A stretch of DNA of 64,000 bases from an uncultured Lachnospiraceae bacterium (GTDB lineage Bacteria > Bacillota > Clostridia > Lachnospirales > Lachnospiraceae), in the NCBI GenBank assembly GCA_947174505.1, contig CAMWJF010000012.1, positions 10,607 to 74,606 on the forward strand. The letters run 5' to 3'. Below the pieces are notes generated by a model. The model was given only the letters and a program-made list of their open reading frames with translations, was not told the DNA's origin and made no database searches. This document shows, piece after piece, positions 62,692 to 64,000 of this stretch. The position numbers were made by a program, and so were the translations under genes. How positions within the stretch are numbered: position 1 is the first letter of the stretch; the number at the start of each line of letters is the position of its first letter.

Positions 62692-63879
62692 CTACAGGAT
62701 CTCCCCGTAATCCTCCTTTGTGCAGACAATCTGTTTCTCCTTCAGATACACCCGTGGAATCCGCCTCCCGAGATCACAGGCCAGCTCATAATTAAATCTG
62801 CCTGAAAGTTCTCCAAGCTCCTCCATGGTAATCTCATCCCCGCCGTCCGCACCGATCAGGGTTGCCTCGTCCCCCTCCGCCACGCCGGGGATATCCGACA
62901 CATCCACCATAAACTGATCCATACATATCCTGCCGAGAATGGGCGCGCGTCTTCCCCGGATCAGCACGCTGCCTCTGCCGGATAAGCTTCTCGGATACCC
63001 GTCCCCGTATCCCACAGGCACGGTGGCAATCCGCATCCTGTCCGGCGCCACAAAGGTGCCCCCGTAACTGACAGGCGTTCCCGCCCCGATTTCCTTCACA
63101 TAAACCAGATGGCTTTTCAGGGTAAGAACGGGGCGCAAAGAGAGAATATCCCTTGTCACCTCCGGGGAAGGCGACAGGCCGTACAGCGTAATGCCTGCCC
63201 GCACCAGCGAAAGATTTGCCTGCGGCAGCGTGAGGATACCCGCACTGTTGGAACAGTGTTTCAGCGGAATTTGTCTGCCCATCCGGCGCTCCGCTTCTTC
63301 GGCAAACGCCGTAAACCGCGTAAGCTGCGCAAGCGCTGCCGTCTGATCCCTCTCATCCGCCCGCGCAAAATGAGTAAATATCCCTTCCACCTCAATATGG
63401 CCAAGGCCGGAAAGCCATTCCATAAAAGCAAGCCCCTCTTCATCCGGCCTGATGCCGATCCGCGACATCCCCGTGTCTACCTTCACATGCACAACCGCCT
63501 TTTTCCCCATCCTTCCGGCACAGGCGTCTAACGTCTCAAGCGCATCCCTTCTGAAAACCGCAGGCCGGATCTCCTGTAATATCAGCTCCTCATAACTGTA
63601 AGGAAACGTATATCCCAAAACCAGTATCGGCTTCGTAAGCCCGGCCCTTCGCAGGATAAAGGCCTCTTCCGCCGTCGCTGTGGCGCAGCCGAACACATAG
63701 GGAAGCTTTTCCAGTTCCCTGCCGATCGGCACGGCGCCGTGGCCGTAACCGTCTGCCTTTATCACGCCGATCATCTTTGTCTGCGGTGAGAGTGCCTTAT
63801 GCATCCGCTCCATGTTCTCCAAAACCGCCGAAAGGTCTACCGCCGCATACACTCTCTCGTATTTCTCTAACATATTCAC
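62692..63879 (-). CDS. alr: Alanine racemase
   Basis: VIKADGYGHG (PLP Lys), KVDTGMSRIG, GYGDGYPR and GRICMDQ. Confidence 0.97.
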   Translation of the reverse strand: MNMLEKYERVYAAVDLSAVLENMERMHKALSPQTKMIGVIKADGYGHGAVPIGRELEKLPYVFGCATATAEEAFILRRAGLTKPILVLGYTFPYSYEELILQEIRPAVFRRDALETLDACAGRMGKKAVVHVKVDTGMSRIGIRPDEEGLAFMEWLSGLGHIEVEGIFTHFARADERDQTAALAQLTRFTAFAEEAERRMGRQIPLKHCSNSAGILTLPQANLSLVRAGITLYGLSPSPEVTRDILSLRPVLTLKSHLVYVKEIGAGTPVSYGGTFVAPDRMRIATVPVGYGDGYPRSLSGRGSVLIRGRRAPILGRICMDQFMVDVSDIPGVAEGDEATLIGADGGDEITMEELGELSGRFNYELACDLGRRIPRVYLKEKQIVCTKEDYGEIL

Positions 63880-64000
63880 TCCTTTTCACACAATCGCAAA
63901 CACACGCTCATTATATCTTATTCACATCCCGCAAAAACGCGATAAAACGCCAAAGCCCTAAGACTTCGGCGTCTATGTATTCTCGCCTTCCGGCTCCGCG

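Overview
Core chromosomal region of a spore-forming, motile, anaerobic Clostridia genome, most consistent with Lachnospiraceae by inference from gene content and order. Almost all genes are on the minus strand. They cover housekeeping (coaD, rsmD, a second type II topoisomerase pair, ybeY, phoH, rlmH, ftsK, alr), amino-acid and one-carbon metabolism (leuCD, ilvBN, ilvN-ilvC, proAB, a MetH-like enzyme, metY, fhs, folD, nfnAB) and sporulation (ylbJ, yqfCD, bofC-like, spoVB-like, tepA). I found no tRNA, rRNA, CRISPR array, integrase or transposase. The most notable signals are: (1) a dispersed ~95-nt double-hairpin repeat (6 full and 2 collapsed copies) that is always in the same orientation, abuts or overlaps the upstream stop codon, and shows compensatory base changes between copies; (2) a second tandem-hairpin family in the parE-parC and nfnA-nfnB spacers; (3) a small accessory island at 19.4-22.1 kb with an AAA-ATPase/PD-(D/E)XK gene, a divergent 63-aa ORF, an internally deleted MNT-like remnant and a truncated gene; (4) an orphan MazF with a forespore-type promoter; (5) a PgpH-position HD protein with an HD-to-HR substitution; (6) an unannotated 43-aa ORF between leuC and leuD. 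All family assignments come from motif recognition by eye; no database searches were run.
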